From the IMG/VR virus record IMGVR_UViG_3300020577_013858: DNA of 64,000 nucleotides. The stretch is one strand, 5' to 3'. The notes beneath the pieces are model-generated. The model was not told the DNA's origin. It was given only the letters and a program-made list of their open reading frames with translations, and made no database searches. Source of the DNA: an uncultured virus (IMG/VR IMGVR_UViG_3300020577_013858) (Duplodnaviria; Heunggongvirae; Uroviricota; Caudoviricetes). Shown here one piece after another: positions 1 to 9,099 of this stretch; the first letter of the stretch is position 1, and each line of letters starts with the position of its first letter. Both the position numbers and the translations under genes were made by a program.

Positions 1-59
1 CGGGCTACACCCGCGCGGGTGGACACGTGACGGTGTGGTCGGGCAGTGGCCACACCCTT

Positions 60-100
60 CAACGCCCCCTTCGGCCAGTGTCGGAGGGGGCGTTGTTGTT
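60..100 (+). terminator. Hairpin, probable intrinsic terminator (possibly bidirectional)
   Basis: CAACGCCCCCTTCG ... CGGAGGGGGCGTTG stem (one G:U) followed by TTGTT; downstream of the last minus-strand gene. Confidence 0.5.
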
Positions 101-169
101 CGAACACCCACCCGACGGCTCCCGCGTCTGCGGGCTCTCGCCGTCACCACCCGCCGTCCTGGCGGTGCG

Positions 170-418
170 TCACTCCCGTTTCAGTATCTTCGCCCGTCGC
201 CACCGGCTAACGAGGTTGCGGTCGATACCCGTGATGACCTCGGCCGCCGCCGCGCCCCCGGCCTTCTCGATCGCGCCCTCCACGTCCGCCGTGAGGGCCG
301 TGAGAAGGCGTTGCGCGTGGGTGCGCGTGCGCTCGGACACCCACGCAGGCGCGTCGCCCTGCGCGACCTTCCAGAGCGTCGGGAGGAGCGTGCGCCAGTC
401 CGCGACGGGGCGGCTCAC
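170..418 (-). CDS. Small HTH-like DNA-binding protein (82 aa)
   Basis: GTG start overlapping upstream TGA; C-terminal GGAAAAEVITGIDRNLVSRWRR looks like a helix-turn-helix. Confidence 0.5.
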   Translation of the reverse strand: MSRPVADWRTLLPTLWKVAQGDAPAWVSERTRTHAQRLLTALTADVEGAIEKAGGAAAAEVITGIDRNLVSRWRRAKILKRE

Positions 419-663
419 GCGGAGACCTCGGCAAGAGCGCGCTCCTGCGCGGAAACGACCGCTTCGAGGTCGCTGCCTTCGCCCGCGTGGATGATCGCGA
501 AGCGCGCGTCGGCGCTGAGTTCTGCGGCGGCGTCCGCGACGGCCTGGAGACGCGCGAGGATCGCATCCCACCACGCGCGCTCGTCGGCGCCGAGGTCGTC
601 GTAGGAGCGGGTTTCGCCGTAGCAGGGAGCGGTGTCGGCGTAGCGGTAGGTAATGGCGTTCAT
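415..663 (-). CDS. Hypothetical protein (82 aa, MNAITYRY...)
   Basis: ATG preceded by AAAGGA; protein-like composition; coupled to next gene. Confidence 0.65.
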   Translation of the reverse strand: MNAITYRYADTAPCYGETRSYDDLGADERAWWDAILARLQAVADAAAELSADARFAIIHAGEGSDLEAVVSAQERALAEVSA

Positions 664-753
664 GGTCGTCGGTCCTTTCAACGCCCCAAGCCCGGGGCTC
701 ACCTCGCGGTGTCCTACCGGGCCAACGCCTTGCGGCATCGAGGCGGAGTGCAG

Positions 754-1113
754 TCAGTCCCATTCTGAGTCGTGGGTCGGCGCACGGTCGTCACCGAGCC
801 GGTACTCGGTGCGGACGTACTCGTGCCGCGCGTCGTCGTGTCGGTACAGTCGATGCCCGAAGAGCTGCCCGAGATCCGACTCAGGCACATCTTCGATCTT
901 CGCGTAAGAGCCCTCGTATTCCACGTGCCACGCCGCTTCAGCGTGCAGCACGCGCCCGTTGCGGACGTGATCCCCGTCGGGGTCGCCCGACCACACAGGC
1001 GCGCTCGCGAGGTCAGCGTCACGGAGCGCCCGCTGTGCCGCAGCGATCTCCGCGTCCGTGGACAGGGGGTAGCTGAGGTTCGTGTCGCCGTTCGGGATGA
1101 GGATGAATTCCAT
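754..1113 (-). CDS. Hypothetical acidic protein (119 aa)
   Basis: ATG preceded by GAAGGAG; natural composition. Confidence 0.7.
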   Translation of the reverse strand: MEFILIPNGDTNLSYPLSTDAEIAAAQRALRDADLASAPVWSGDPDGDHVRNGRVLHAEAAWHVEYEGSYAKIEDVPESDLGQLFGHRLYRHDDARHEYVRTEYRLGDDRAPTHDSEWD

Positions 1114-1170
1114 GGCCGTCTACTCCTTCGCGCGTCGGGCACATCGCCCGCTCGCAAGGTGATAGATAGA

Positions 1171-1204
1171 CTCTAGAGCCTACCGCGTCAAGCAGGCTCT
1201 AGAG
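1171..1204. promoter_or_regulatory. 11-bp inverted repeat (operator-like) around a minus-strand TTGACG
   Basis: CTCTAGAGCCT (1171-1181) and AGGCTCTAGAG (1194-1204), 12-bp spacer containing CGTCAA; intergenic. Confidence 0.55.
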
Positions 1205-1230
1205 ACAATCGACGGCGCCCGGTCGATTTC

Positions 1231-2049
1231 TCACCCCGCCTGCCACGCCTCGAACGCCTCGAACGCCTCGAACGCCTCGAACGCCTCGAACGCCTCGAAC
1301 GCCTCGAACGCCTCGAACGCCGCGCCGAGCACGCGGACGAGCTGGACGAGGGCCACGAAGCCCGCGAGGCCCGCAACGAGCACAAGGGCCCGGTAGGGCG
1401 TGAGGCGCCAGCGCGGAGCGGGAGCGGGGTCGCGGTAGGGATGCACGGCGCCGGAGGGTACACGGGGAGCGCGCTCGACGTCGACCAGGGCCACGACCAT
1501 CAACACGTCGTCGGGCACGGTACGCGGCCAGGTGAGGGCGATGCGGTCGTTGCGGATCGCCTGCACCGCGCGATCGGTGTCCGTGCGCGACGTGAGGAGA
1601 AGGGCCTCTTTGATCGTGGCGAGCTCGCTTTGCAGGTGCAGCACGCTCGCAATGAGCGCGTCGGCGTCGGCCTGGTAGCGCTCGGGGCCGTTCGCCCATC
1701 GGAGAAAGATGGCGCGAAGCTCCTCCGCGGACGGCGGCACGCGCGGTTGCCAGGGCGTCGCGTGCTCCATCATGCGGCGCTGCTTTGCGGTCTGCGCGTA
1801 GAGCGCAAGCGCGGTCTTCACGACCGCAACCGCACGCGCCTGCAAAGGCGCGAGGTCGCCCTCCCCATGCGTCGAGGTCGGGGCGTGCAGCGGGCACCCC
1901 GGGTCGTTGCGCGCGAGGTCGGGACGCGGGCACGTGCAGTCCCCGTGAACCAGACACCAGACCGCGGAGACGCCCGTGCAGCGCGCGTCGGGGTGTTCGG
2001 CCGCGTCGAGCAGTTCGCGCAACTCGGATTCGGGCACGAGCGTAGTCAT
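1231..2049 (-). CDS. Hypothetical protein, Cys/His-rich N-terminus, C-terminal TM helix and (AFE)8 tail
   Basis: ORF 272 aa; WCLVHGDCTC...CPLH; hydrophobic ALVLVAGLAGFVALVQLV. Confidence 0.65.
   Translation of the reverse strand: MTTLVPESELRELLDAAEHPDARCTGVSAVWCLVHGDCTCPRPDLARNDPGCPLHAPTSTHGEGDLAPLQARAVAVVKTALALYAQTAKQRRMMEHATPWQPRVPPSAEELRAIFLRWANGPERYQADADALIASVLHLQSELATIKEALLLTSRTDTDRAVQAIRNDRIALTWPRTVPDDVLMVVALVDVERAPRVPSGAVHPYRDPAPAPRWRLTPYRALVLVAGLAGFVALVQLVRVLGAAFEAFEAFEAFEAFEAFEAFEAFEAWQAG
1247..1320. repeat. 9-bp tandem repeat GCCTCGAAC, about 8 copies
   Basis: Perfect repeats encoding AFE on the minus strand. Confidence 0.95.
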
Positions 2050-2243
2050 CCTGTCTTGCGAGCCTCCTGAATGGCACGAGCGATCTCAGCGAGCGAGCGC
2101 GCGGCGTCGGCATACGCGGCGTGAACCTGCACATACAGCGGGTCTTGCGGCGTCGTTCTGCGCACGATTGTTTCCGCGGTGAACAGCACAGTGAGTGCGC
2201 CGTCGAGGCGCTCGTTCATCTTGTCAATCATCCATTGAGGCAT
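2046..2243 (-). CDS. Hypothetical protein (65 aa, MPQWMIDK...)
   Basis: ATG after AAAGGA; stop overlaps next start. Confidence 0.55.
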   Translation of the reverse strand: MPQWMIDKMNERLDGALTVLFTAETIVRRTTPQDPLYVQVHAAYADAARSLAEIARAIQEARKTG

Positions 2244-2790
2244 GGGTCGGTCCTTTCGAGGAAAGGTCATTCTCCGGGGCGATGCGGGTGTCGATGGGTG
2301 ACTTGAGGCGTTCGACGTGCTCAGGGATGACCGTCCAGTAGCGTCGATGTACCTCGCGATGACCGAGCTCTTCGCCGGTCGTGAGATTGACGTCGAACTC
2401 CTTTCCGGTGCGCTTCGTCCGGTGTGGATGCCAGTCGGCCGTTCCCACCACGCGAAGACGCGCGGAGAACGGGGTTCGCGAGACGACGCGCGCCGTGACG
2501 TAGGCCACCGTTCGCTCGCGACCATCGCGCGACCAGCCGTGCAGCACCGCGCGCACGGTGGCCTGGAGCGTATCGGCGGCATCCTTCTCGCGCTGCGCCT
2601 TGAGGCTCACAACCGCGAGAAGCGCGCGCCCGAGTTCGGACGCGCCTGCCTCTGCGAGCGGAATGCGGAGCGGCTCCTCGCGCAGCTCGGGGAGGTCGAG
2701 CACCATCGCAATCCGGTTCTCGTCGTCGATCTCCGCGCGCACGCTCCCGACGCCCTTGCCCGTGAAGATGTTGAGGATCTCGGTCATCAC
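2224..2790 (-). CDS. Hypothetical protein (188 aa)
   Basis: ORF track; coupled to neighbours. Confidence 0.65.
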   Translation of the reverse strand: MMTEILNIFTGKGVGSVRAEIDDENRIAMVLDLPELREEPLRIPLAEAGASELGRALLAVVSLKAQREKDAADTLQATVRAVLHGWSRDGRERTVAYVTARVVSRTPFSARLRVVGTADWHPHRTKRTGKEFDVNLTTGEELGHREVHRRYWTVIPEHVERLKSPIDTRIAPENDLSSKGPTHASMDD

Positions 2791-3323
2791 GTCTGCTTAT
2801 TTTGGTATCGCTCGTACTCGGCGAGGCTTTCCGCGCGCAGCTCGCGCCCGCGTGAGGCATTGCGCGCGAGGCTTGCCCACGTGACGGGGCGGTGCGTCTC
2901 GGCATCGAGCGGGCGAAACGACCACACGTGAACCGTGTCGTCGTCGGGCGGCGGAAAGACGGGGATGTACCGGAAGCGTCGATCCATGGCGCCATCGCGG
3001 GCCGTTGCGTCGGTCAACTCGGGCTTGCCCTTGGCCTCGAACGGCACGAGCACGCACCACCGCAGTTCGCCGTCCACATGCACGTCGCCGATCACGATCA
3101 GCGTGACGCCGTAGGAGCGCGCCTGCCAGAGCGACAGAGCTCCATCACCCGCGCAGGGGCGGATGTTGTCGATGACCTCTTGCGCCGTGGGGTTCCGGTG
3201 CAGGAACCCATCACAGTCAGGCGCCTCGTAGCCATCGGCACGCGGAGGCTTCCGCGCGGTCGTCACCTCAACCAGAGGCAAGGGGTCGGTACGGGGCTCC
3301 ATGGGATTCGTCGTGTTCGGCAT
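2787..3323 (-). CDS. Hypothetical protein (178 aa, MPNTTNP...)
   Basis: ATG after GAGGA; protein-like part of ORF 2787..3539. Confidence 0.65.
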   Translation of the reverse strand: MPNTTNPMEPRTDPLPLVEVTTARKPPRADGYEAPDCDGFLHRNPTAQEVIDNIRPCAGDGALSLWQARSYGVTLIVIGDVHVDGELRWCVLVPFEAKGKPELTDATARDGAMDRRFRYIPVFPPPDDDTVHVWSFRPLDAETHRPVTWASLARNASRGRELRAESLAEYERYQNKQT

Positions 3324-3924
3324 GAGAAGAGTCCTCGGTGCGTTGTGGGTCGATCCGCCAGCCCTCGCGCGTCGAGAGCGGGTGATGGAGAGGTTCGCAG
3401 TTCGGCACCTCGCGCGGCAAGGTGAGCGAGTCGAAATCGACGCCGTAGAACGCAAGGTGTATCTCGCGCCCGCGATCGTCGATGTCCTTCGCGCGCACGC
3501 ACACGCAGCCGCACGACTCGCACCGTTCGGCGTCGCCATGCACGGACGACGGCGCGCGCACGAGCTCGTGCATCGGTTCGGGCACCGCGGGCGGGCGGCG
3601 GAACTCGGTCCAGTACCACGGAAGCCCGCTCTTCCAACCGAGTTGTGTCCACGGTCCGTGCGTCACCACGCGCCCGCGACCACGTTCAGGGCGCGGCGCA
3701 TCGGGGGGAAGCTCGCGGCGCTTGCGGCACACCACGCACATCGTGTGAACGAGCGCGCGCCCGAAGAGGTCGAGATCGCGCGGCATCGGGTGTTCGCCGC
3801 ACACCGGGCACAGCGGCGCGGGTTGCACTTCGGGGCCTGGGGGAGTGATCGTCCCGCAACACCAATCGCAGACGAATTCGTTGTCCGCCCATCGTCCGCA
3901 GCGCTCGCACTTCGTCTGAATCAC
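3268..3924 (-). CDS. Cys-rich putative zinc-finger protein
   Basis: Several CxxC pairs (CERC, CDWC, CPVC, CVVC, CESC); GTG start overlaps upstream stop. Confidence 0.6.
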   Translation of the reverse strand: MIQTKCERCGRWADNEFVCDWCCGTITPPGPEVQPAPLCPVCGEHPMPRDLDLFGRALVHTMCVVCRKRRELPPDAPRPERGRGRVVTHGPWTQLGWKSGLPWYWTEFRRPPAVPEPMHELVRAPSSVHGDAERCESCGCVCVRAKDIDDRGREIHLAFYGVDFDSLTLPREVPNCEPLHHPLSTREGWRIDPQRTEDSSHAEHDESHGAPYRPLASG

Positions 3925-4103
3925 GCGGAGCCCTCCGTCGTCTCGGTCAAGCTCTGTTCGAGCTGGTCGGCGATGCGGCCGATCAGTTCGCACGCAGGCG
4001 TCGCGGGGTCGCGCGAAAGCGCCCGCAGGATGACCGCGACACGCGCGGCGTCGTCGTCGGTGAGGTCGAGCACGAACAGCGATCGGTCCAGGCGCTCGGT
4101 CAC
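3921..4103 (-). CDS. Hypothetical protein (60 aa)
   Basis: GTG start, VTERLDRSLFVLDL...; coupled stops and starts. Confidence 0.5.
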   Translation of the reverse strand: MTERLDRSLFVLDLTDDDAARVAVILRALSRDPATPACELIGRIADQLEQSLTETTEGSA

Positions 4104-4248
4104 CGTCGCCCCGTGTTGCGCGCGTGCCCGGCCTGACGCGCGCGATTCTCGCGACCCTTGGCGACCGGATGGGGCCTGCGCGAACCGTCCGGACAGGCGC
4201 ACGGACACGGCGCCATCGCGGCGAGGGCGATCACGACGTGCAGGCTCC

Positions 4249-4470
4249 TCACGGCGTGTCCTTTCGTTCGCGACGTTCCCGCCGCGTGCGCGACACGGCG
4301 AGTCCGCGCGCGTGCGGGCCGCACAGGTCGTTCAGCACCGCGGCGCGCAAACATCCCACCGAGCGGCACTGCGCAACGGCGCATCCATGCCCCGCAAGGC
4401 ACACGTCGTCGCCGTCGCCGTCGCGTTCCTTGGGGGTGTCCTCGCGGTTGCAGTACACGCAGGCGCTCAT
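4249..4470 (-). CDS. Small Cys-rich protein (MSACVYCN...)
   Basis: ATG overlaps upstream stop, GAGG upstream; CxxC and further Cys/His. Confidence 0.5.
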   Translation of the reverse strand: MSACVYCNREDTPKERDGDGDDVCLAGHGCAVAQCRSVGCLRAAVLNDLCGPHARGLAVSRTRRERRERKDTP

Positions 4471-4673
4471 GGGCGCCTCTTCGGAAGAATCGCCCCGAAG
4501 AGCACGAGGGCCGCGCCGACGAGGGCCATGAACAGCACGTCGCGAATGAGATTCGCAGGGACCAGCCGTTCGAGCCCCTGCGCGTGTTGCGCCTGCACCT
4601 CGACGGACTGCGCAATCGCGAGCGCGAGGCACACCACCGAACCACCGACGACGAGAAAAAAGTTTCGCATCAC
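4467..4673 (-). CDS. Small two-TM membrane protein (68 aa)
   Basis: Two hydrophobic segments; GAGGAG upstream. Confidence 0.6.
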   Translation of the reverse strand: MMRNFFLVVGGSVVCLALAIAQSVEVQAQHAQGLERLVPANLIRDVLFMALVGAALVLFGAILPKRRP

Positions 4674-5116
4674 TCCTCACGATCCAACGTGCCATCGGCC
4701 CGTTCCATCTTGAATCCCACAGAAAGCGCAGACCTCTCCTGCGGCACCCACGTGCCCCCGTTGAAGAACACGCGCAGCGCGTGCTCCCGCTCTTCGTTCC
4801 CCATGCTGCGCAGGCGCGTGTACACATCGGCGCGCGTGACAAGGTAGCGCGCGCGCATGACCTTGAGATCCTCTTCGCGCACCGCCTCGTAATGCACGAG
4901 GTCGGGACAACAGGCGTTGCGGTAGGTGAGCCAGTAGGTGCCGTCTTCGCGGCGCGTGACTTCGGTCGGGTCGCGCGCACCGGCCTTCTCCAGCACGGGC
5001 GTGAACGCGATGTCGAGCATCACCGCGTCCACGCACGCCTTCACGCGATCCTCGACCGGGGCGGGAAGCGGACCGCCGCGCAACACCTCCAGCATCGTTT
5101 TCAAATCGATCGTCAT
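4670..5116 (-). CDS. Hypothetical protein (MTIDLKTM...)
   Basis: Protein-like portion of ORF 4670..5302; true start uncertain. Confidence 0.6.
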   Translation of the reverse strand: MTIDLKTMLEVLRGGPLPAPVEDRVKACVDAVMLDIAFTPVLEKAGARDPTEVTRREDGTYWLTYRNACCPDLVHYEAVREEDLKVMRARYLVTRADVYTRLRSMGNEEREHALRVFFNGGTWVPQERSALSVGFKMERADGTLDREE

Positions 5117-5298
5117 TGCGACTTGGCCTTTCGCCACCCGTTGTAATAGTCCGAGCTGGTTTCGAGGTGTGCGACAGGATGCTTGACGCGCGTCTTTCGG
5201 AGAAGCTCTCGCGCCCGTGACTCGTCGAGCATCGGTTGCTCCAGCACTCCAAATGGCATCACCACGACACGCCACCATTTCGCCATGATCTTCGCTCC

Positions 5299-5808
5299 TC
5301 ACGCAAGCGAAACACCGTCCATTTCGCAGCGCTCAATCGCAGCTTGCCACGCATGAACGCGCTGCGAACTGTCGCCGTTGACCGGGCCGATGGTGACGTG
5401 CCACACGCCGCGCGCGACGTGTTCCTCAACACCCCGAGGGGCCGCCCGCTTGAGGCACCGCACACACCACCATCCGTGCTTGTGGCGCGTGTGGTGGCAC
5501 CGACCGCGCAGTCGATCCTTCGTGCTCTCCACGCACAACCACTGCGGCGCGGTCTGAGACAGCTCCACCGCGAGGCGTTCGACGTGCTTGAAACCGTCGA
5601 TCGCAACGCGGTTTCCTTGCGTGAGTCCGAGCGACGCCAGCGTCGCATACCAGCCGTCTCGACTGAGACCGAGCACGCGCGCAGCGCCATAGAGCGTGGC
5701 CGCGCCTTCGGCCGCAGTCCCAAACATGCCGGGCGTGTCATGCACCGCTTCGCAGAGGATGCGAAATCGGGCGAGCGGGTTCGGGGCGCGCATCCGGTCG
5801 TGGCTCAC
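5299..5808 (-). CDS. Hypothetical protein (169 aa)
   Basis: GGAGG upstream; coupled to neighbours. Confidence 0.6.
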   Translation of the reverse strand: MSHDRMRAPNPLARFRILCEAVHDTPGMFGTAAEGAATLYGAARVLGLSRDGWYATLASLGLTQGNRVAIDGFKHVERLAVELSQTAPQWLCVESTKDRLRGRCHHTRHKHGWWCVRCLKRAAPRGVEEHVARGVWHVTIGPVNGDSSQRVHAWQAAIERCEMDGVSLA

Positions 5809-6197
5809 ACGGACCTCCGCAGCGCCGCCGCCGTGTCACGCACGATGCGTTTGAGCGCGACGACCCCCGGCATGTCGAACGGTTCGAGCTCAAGCGCGTG
5901 GCGTTCGAGCACGTGAGCACGCGCGAGATTCGTACACGGGATCTCTCCCTGGCAAGGCTCCAAGTAGAGCCAGAAGGCATCGCTCCCAGGAGGAGCGCAC
6001 GACGAAAGATCCTGACGCACACCCTGAAATTCCGCGAGTTGCTTGCGGGACGACAACTCGGGCAACGCGCGCCACGCGCGGCGAAGGGCCTCGACGCACA
6101 CGAGCACCTGCACGAACAGCGCATGGGGATCGCGAGCAGACACAGGGGCGGGCGTGACACGAGGGGCTCGCGATCGTTTCGAGCGCGCCATGGTCAT
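5805..6197 (-). CDS. Hypothetical protein (130 aa)
   Basis: ATG overlapping upstream stop. Confidence 0.55.
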   Translation of the reverse strand: MTMARSKRSRAPRVTPAPVSARDPHALFVQVLVCVEALRRAWRALPELSSRKQLAEFQGVRQDLSSCAPPGSDAFWLYLEPCQGEIPCTNLARAHVLERHALELEPFDMPGVVALKRIVRDTAAALRRSV

Positions 6198-6670
6198 CCC
6201 TTCCGCTGCGCGTCGCGCAGTTCGTGGAGGATGCGATCCGCGGCGAGCTTCATGACCGCGAGTGATCGTGTGAGGCTCTGGCACCGCGTGCGGTCGCCCG
6301 CGAGCGCACCACGAAGCCCGCGGATCTCGCGAAGCGAGCATTCCATCGCGTCGAGCAACGACCCGAACTCCGCCTGGCCTGCGAACGTGTCGGTCTCGTC
6401 GAGGATCTCACGCGCAAGGCACACCCACGACTCTTCGTCGCCCCCCTCGCGCAGCGCACAGAGCTTCACGCAGTAGGGGCGACCGCTCGGACCCCCGTAG
6501 GGTGTGCCGCACACGCAGACCACGCCCGGCTCCGTGCCGACCATGGAGGTCGTGTGCGCGAACCCGCATCGCGCACGCAGGAACGCATAGACCGAACCGG
6601 CCGTGTCTTTGTCCAGAAGGTCGCGCGGTGCGAGCGCGCGAACGAAATCGACGGTGACCGGGGGCCTCAT
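6194..6670 (-). CDS. Hypothetical protein with Cys cluster and C-terminal coiled coil (158 aa)
   Basis: CVCG...YCVKLC; heptad-like C-terminus. Confidence 0.6.
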   Translation of the reverse strand: MRPPVTVDFVRALAPRDLLDKDTAGSVYAFLRARCGFAHTTSMVGTEPGVVCVCGTPYGGPSGRPYCVKLCALREGGDEESWVCLAREILDETDTFAGQAEFGSLLDAMECSLREIRGLRGALAGDRTRCQSLTRSLAVMKLAADRILHELRDAQRKG

Positions 6671-7065
6671 GGTGTTCTCCGGTGCAGGTTCAGCTCGTTC
6701 AGCCTGCGGTAGAGCGTCGATCGACCGACGCCAAGGCTCCGCGCAGCGTCGGTCACATGCCAGTTATGCCGGTCGAGAGCCGCCACAATCGCGCGTCGCT
6801 CGACCTCCGCGATGGTCAGCGGGGGCAGCTCGTCATTGAGCTCCGAGCGCACCGTGACGACGGGCGTACCGTCCGCGTTCGCGCCGTGTGAGATCCCTTG
6901 CAGGATTGCGTTGAGCACGGGCACGTCTTGCTTGTGCGCGCTACAGAGCTCCGTCACGAGACGAATCTGTCTCTGAACCGCCGTGGCACACCCGGACTGC
7001 CTCGGGTCGTCGTCGCCGATCTCGACGTCGACGTCGAAAGAGAGCCGCACACGCTCGGTTCTCAT
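6667..7065 (-). CDS. Fis-type (HTH_8) DNA-binding protein
   Basis: LTIAEVERRAIVAALDRHNWHVTDAARSLGVGRSTLYRRL matches the C-terminal HTH of NtrC-family activators. Confidence 0.85.
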   Translation of the reverse strand: MRTERVRLSFDVDVEIGDDDPRQSGCATAVQRQIRLVTELCSAHKQDVPVLNAILQGISHGANADGTPVVTVRSELNDELPPLTIAEVERRAIVAALDRHNWHVTDAARSLGVGRSTLYRRLNELNLHRRTP

Positions 7066-7649
7066 GACCTTGCCCTCACGAGAGCGGCGCGAAGATTGTC
7101 GATCACAAAATTCGAGAGCATGACCGCCGCCCCGATACGAAGATTGCTCACCATCTTGCGTTGCTCCTTTCGACACCGAGCGCGATGCGCGCGATGCGCG
7201 CGATGGAACCTGCGCGCTGCGTCGATTGAAGCGTGAAGTGCTTGCAGCTTCGACGCGCGCGAACAGGCGTAAACCAGACCCCATCGTCCGCCAGACCAGA
7301 CCCACACACACGCCTCGCAGAACGCTGCATGGGCGTCTGCGGTGACGCGCACGTGACGGGGGTCGAGCGCGAGGCTCCGTGCGTTCACGCGGACGGACGT
7401 TCGCACGAGGTCACGCTCCTTTCGCGACAGACGCGCAAGGTCATCGTCTTCGACACGCACGCACCCGCGGAGTTGCTGCATGGTGTCTACATACGCCGTG
7501 AAAGGAACACCAGAGCGAGCCTCGGGACCGCGAGCCACGAGTCTTCGTTGCAGGCGTCGATACCGGCGAAGAGCGCACGGCGTCGCAGCGGCGGCCGAAG
7601 GGATCGCGCCCGATGTCGCGGGGATCTGACATGAGAGCACTGCGGTCAT
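7062..7649 (-). CDS. Hypothetical basic protein (195 aa)
   Basis: ATG overlapping PP2C stop; fills operon gap. Confidence 0.5.
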   Translation of the reverse strand: MTAVLSCQIPATSGAIPSAAAATPCALRRYRRLQRRLVARGPEARSGVPFTAYVDTMQQLRGCVRVEDDDLARLSRKERDLVRTSVRVNARSLALDPRHVRVTADAHAAFCEACVWVWSGGRWGLVYACSRASKLQALHASIDAARRFHRAHRAHRARCRKEQRKMVSNLRIGAAVMLSNFVIDNLRAALVRARS

Positions 7650-8401
7650 GGACACGCTCCGATTCGCGCGAGCAGCACGGTCACGTTGTCGGGCGCCCCA
7701 CCGAGGCACGCCCACGCGAACAGGCGTCGCAACGCATCCTCGCGGTCCGTGGCCGCGCGCAACGACTCGACGATGCGCGCCTCGGAGACGTACCCGTGCA
7801 GCCCGTCTGAGCACAGGACGATCCAGGCGCCTTCGTCGAGCACCAACGGCCCGAGATACTGGCCCGGGTCGTCGCGATGCGTCTCGGAACCGAGGCACCG
7901 CAAGAGCATGTGCGGACCGTACGCATGGTCGGTCGTGATCGCATCGAGCTTCTCGCCGTCGAACGTGTAGGCACGGGAGTCGCCACACCAGCCGATCGAA
8001 AACGAGCGAAGCGCCGGGTCCAGCGTCGCCACGACGAGGGTTGTGCCCGGCCGATCACGACCACGGGCATCCCCCGCCGCCGCGATCACGCGCGCTTGCG
8101 CCGCACGAAGGCAGCGTTGCGCACGGGCGCGCAGTGCGGCGACGGGCGGTGCCTGGAGAACCCCCGCAATGGCCTCACGGGACGCGACCTCGCCCGCGGC
8201 GTGGCCGCCCATCCCATCAGCGACGGCGAACACCTGCGCGTCGGGCGAAATGCCGAACGCATCCTCATTGTTCTCGCGTCGCAACCCGCGGTGCGTGGCG
8301 CCGACGACACCGCCCCACGGCGCGGTCACCCGCGCGATTTGAAGGTCGATGGGCTCGCCGTAGCGGCTTCCATCACCGGCTTTGAGCTTCGGTCGTTTCA
8401 C
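7646..8401 (-). CDS. PP2C/PPM-family Ser/Thr protein phosphatase
   Basis: Motifs RENNEDA, VADGMGGHAAGEVAS, GTT, GDSRAY, TTDH, LCSDGL, DNVTV. Confidence 0.95.
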   Translation of the reverse strand: MKRPKLKAGDGSRYGEPIDLQIARVTAPWGGVVGATHRGLRRENNEDAFGISPDAQVFAVADGMGGHAAGEVASREAIAGVLQAPPVAALRARAQRCLRAAQARVIAAAGDARGRDRPGTTLVVATLDPALRSFSIGWCGDSRAYTFDGEKLDAITTDHAYGPHMLLRCLGSETHRDDPGQYLGPLVLDEGAWIVLCSDGLHGYVSEARIVESLRAATDREDALRRLFAWACLGGAPDNVTVLLARIGACP

Positions 8402-8670
8402 AGGTCATCCTCCCGCCGCAGCCCGGGGACGTGCGGCATCGCGCGCTTGTTCGCGGCGCGCATCGCTTCGCGTTCGTGAAAGTCAGCGCGCGCGTAGATC
8501 CACATCGCGCGCCAGAGATAGCCGAGCGTCTGTGTGCGGCGCGCGACCCACCGCGCGAGGTAGATCGCGAGCGAGAAAAGCGCGACGAGAAGCGCAAGCG
8601 CCCCGACGCCGCGCACGAGCCACGCGAGCACGAGCAGCTCAGTGTGTGTAACGACCACGACGACCTCCAT
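8398..8670 (-). CDS. Small membrane protein
   Basis: LLVLAWLVRGVGALALLVALFSLAIYLA hydrophobic stretch; start uncertain. Confidence 0.5.
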   Translation of the reverse strand: MEVVVVVTHTELLVLAWLVRGVGALALLVALFSLAIYLARWVARRTQTLGYLWRAMWIYARADFHEREAMRAANKRAMPHVPGLRREDDL

Positions 8671-8863
8671 CCGACTCGGAAGATGGGAGCGAAGCCTTCG
8701 CTTGCTCCACAGCCGAAAGAATGACCCGACACCCCATCTGCACCCCCACGCGCACCATCGTCGCGCGATCGGCGGCGAGACCGGGGAGACACCGCTGCAC
8801 GCACTGCAACGCGCGAATGGTGAGGTCGATGACTTCGTGGGTCTTTTCCTCTTCACTCTTCAT
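8639..8863 (-). CDS. Hypothetical protein (MKSEEEKT...)
   Basis: Portion of ORF 8639..8890; start uncertain. Confidence 0.5.
   Translation of the reverse strand: MKSEEEKTHEVIDLTIRALQCVQRCLPGLAADRATMVRVGVQMGCRVILSAVEQAKASLPSSESDGGRRGRYTH
8688..8702. repeat. Dispersed palindrome copy 1 (AGCGAAGCCTTCGCT)
   Basis: Exact core GCGAAGSCTTCGC, also seen at other sites. Confidence 0.9.
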
Positions 8864-9099
8864 CGTCGGTTCTTTCGATTGAACGGCCACCCTCGAAACT
8901 TGCTCCCGACCTTCCGACGCGCCGCAGAATAACGAGGGTCGCTGGCATCATCGGTCGAAAACCACGCCGTCTGTGACTCCGAAGGCGGATAGCACTCCAA
9001 GCAGGGTTCCGTGCCGCCGTGTTTGCACTTCATTATCGCCTCCGAAGCCCGCTGTAGACCCCGCCGCGCAGGGCCTACGACCGACCGCGAAGGCCCCTG

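Noticed and set aside
8..21. Palindrome CACCCGCGCGGGTG resembling the tRNA-leader palindrome
   Set aside because: Different length, almost all GC, at the window edge with no context; may be chance
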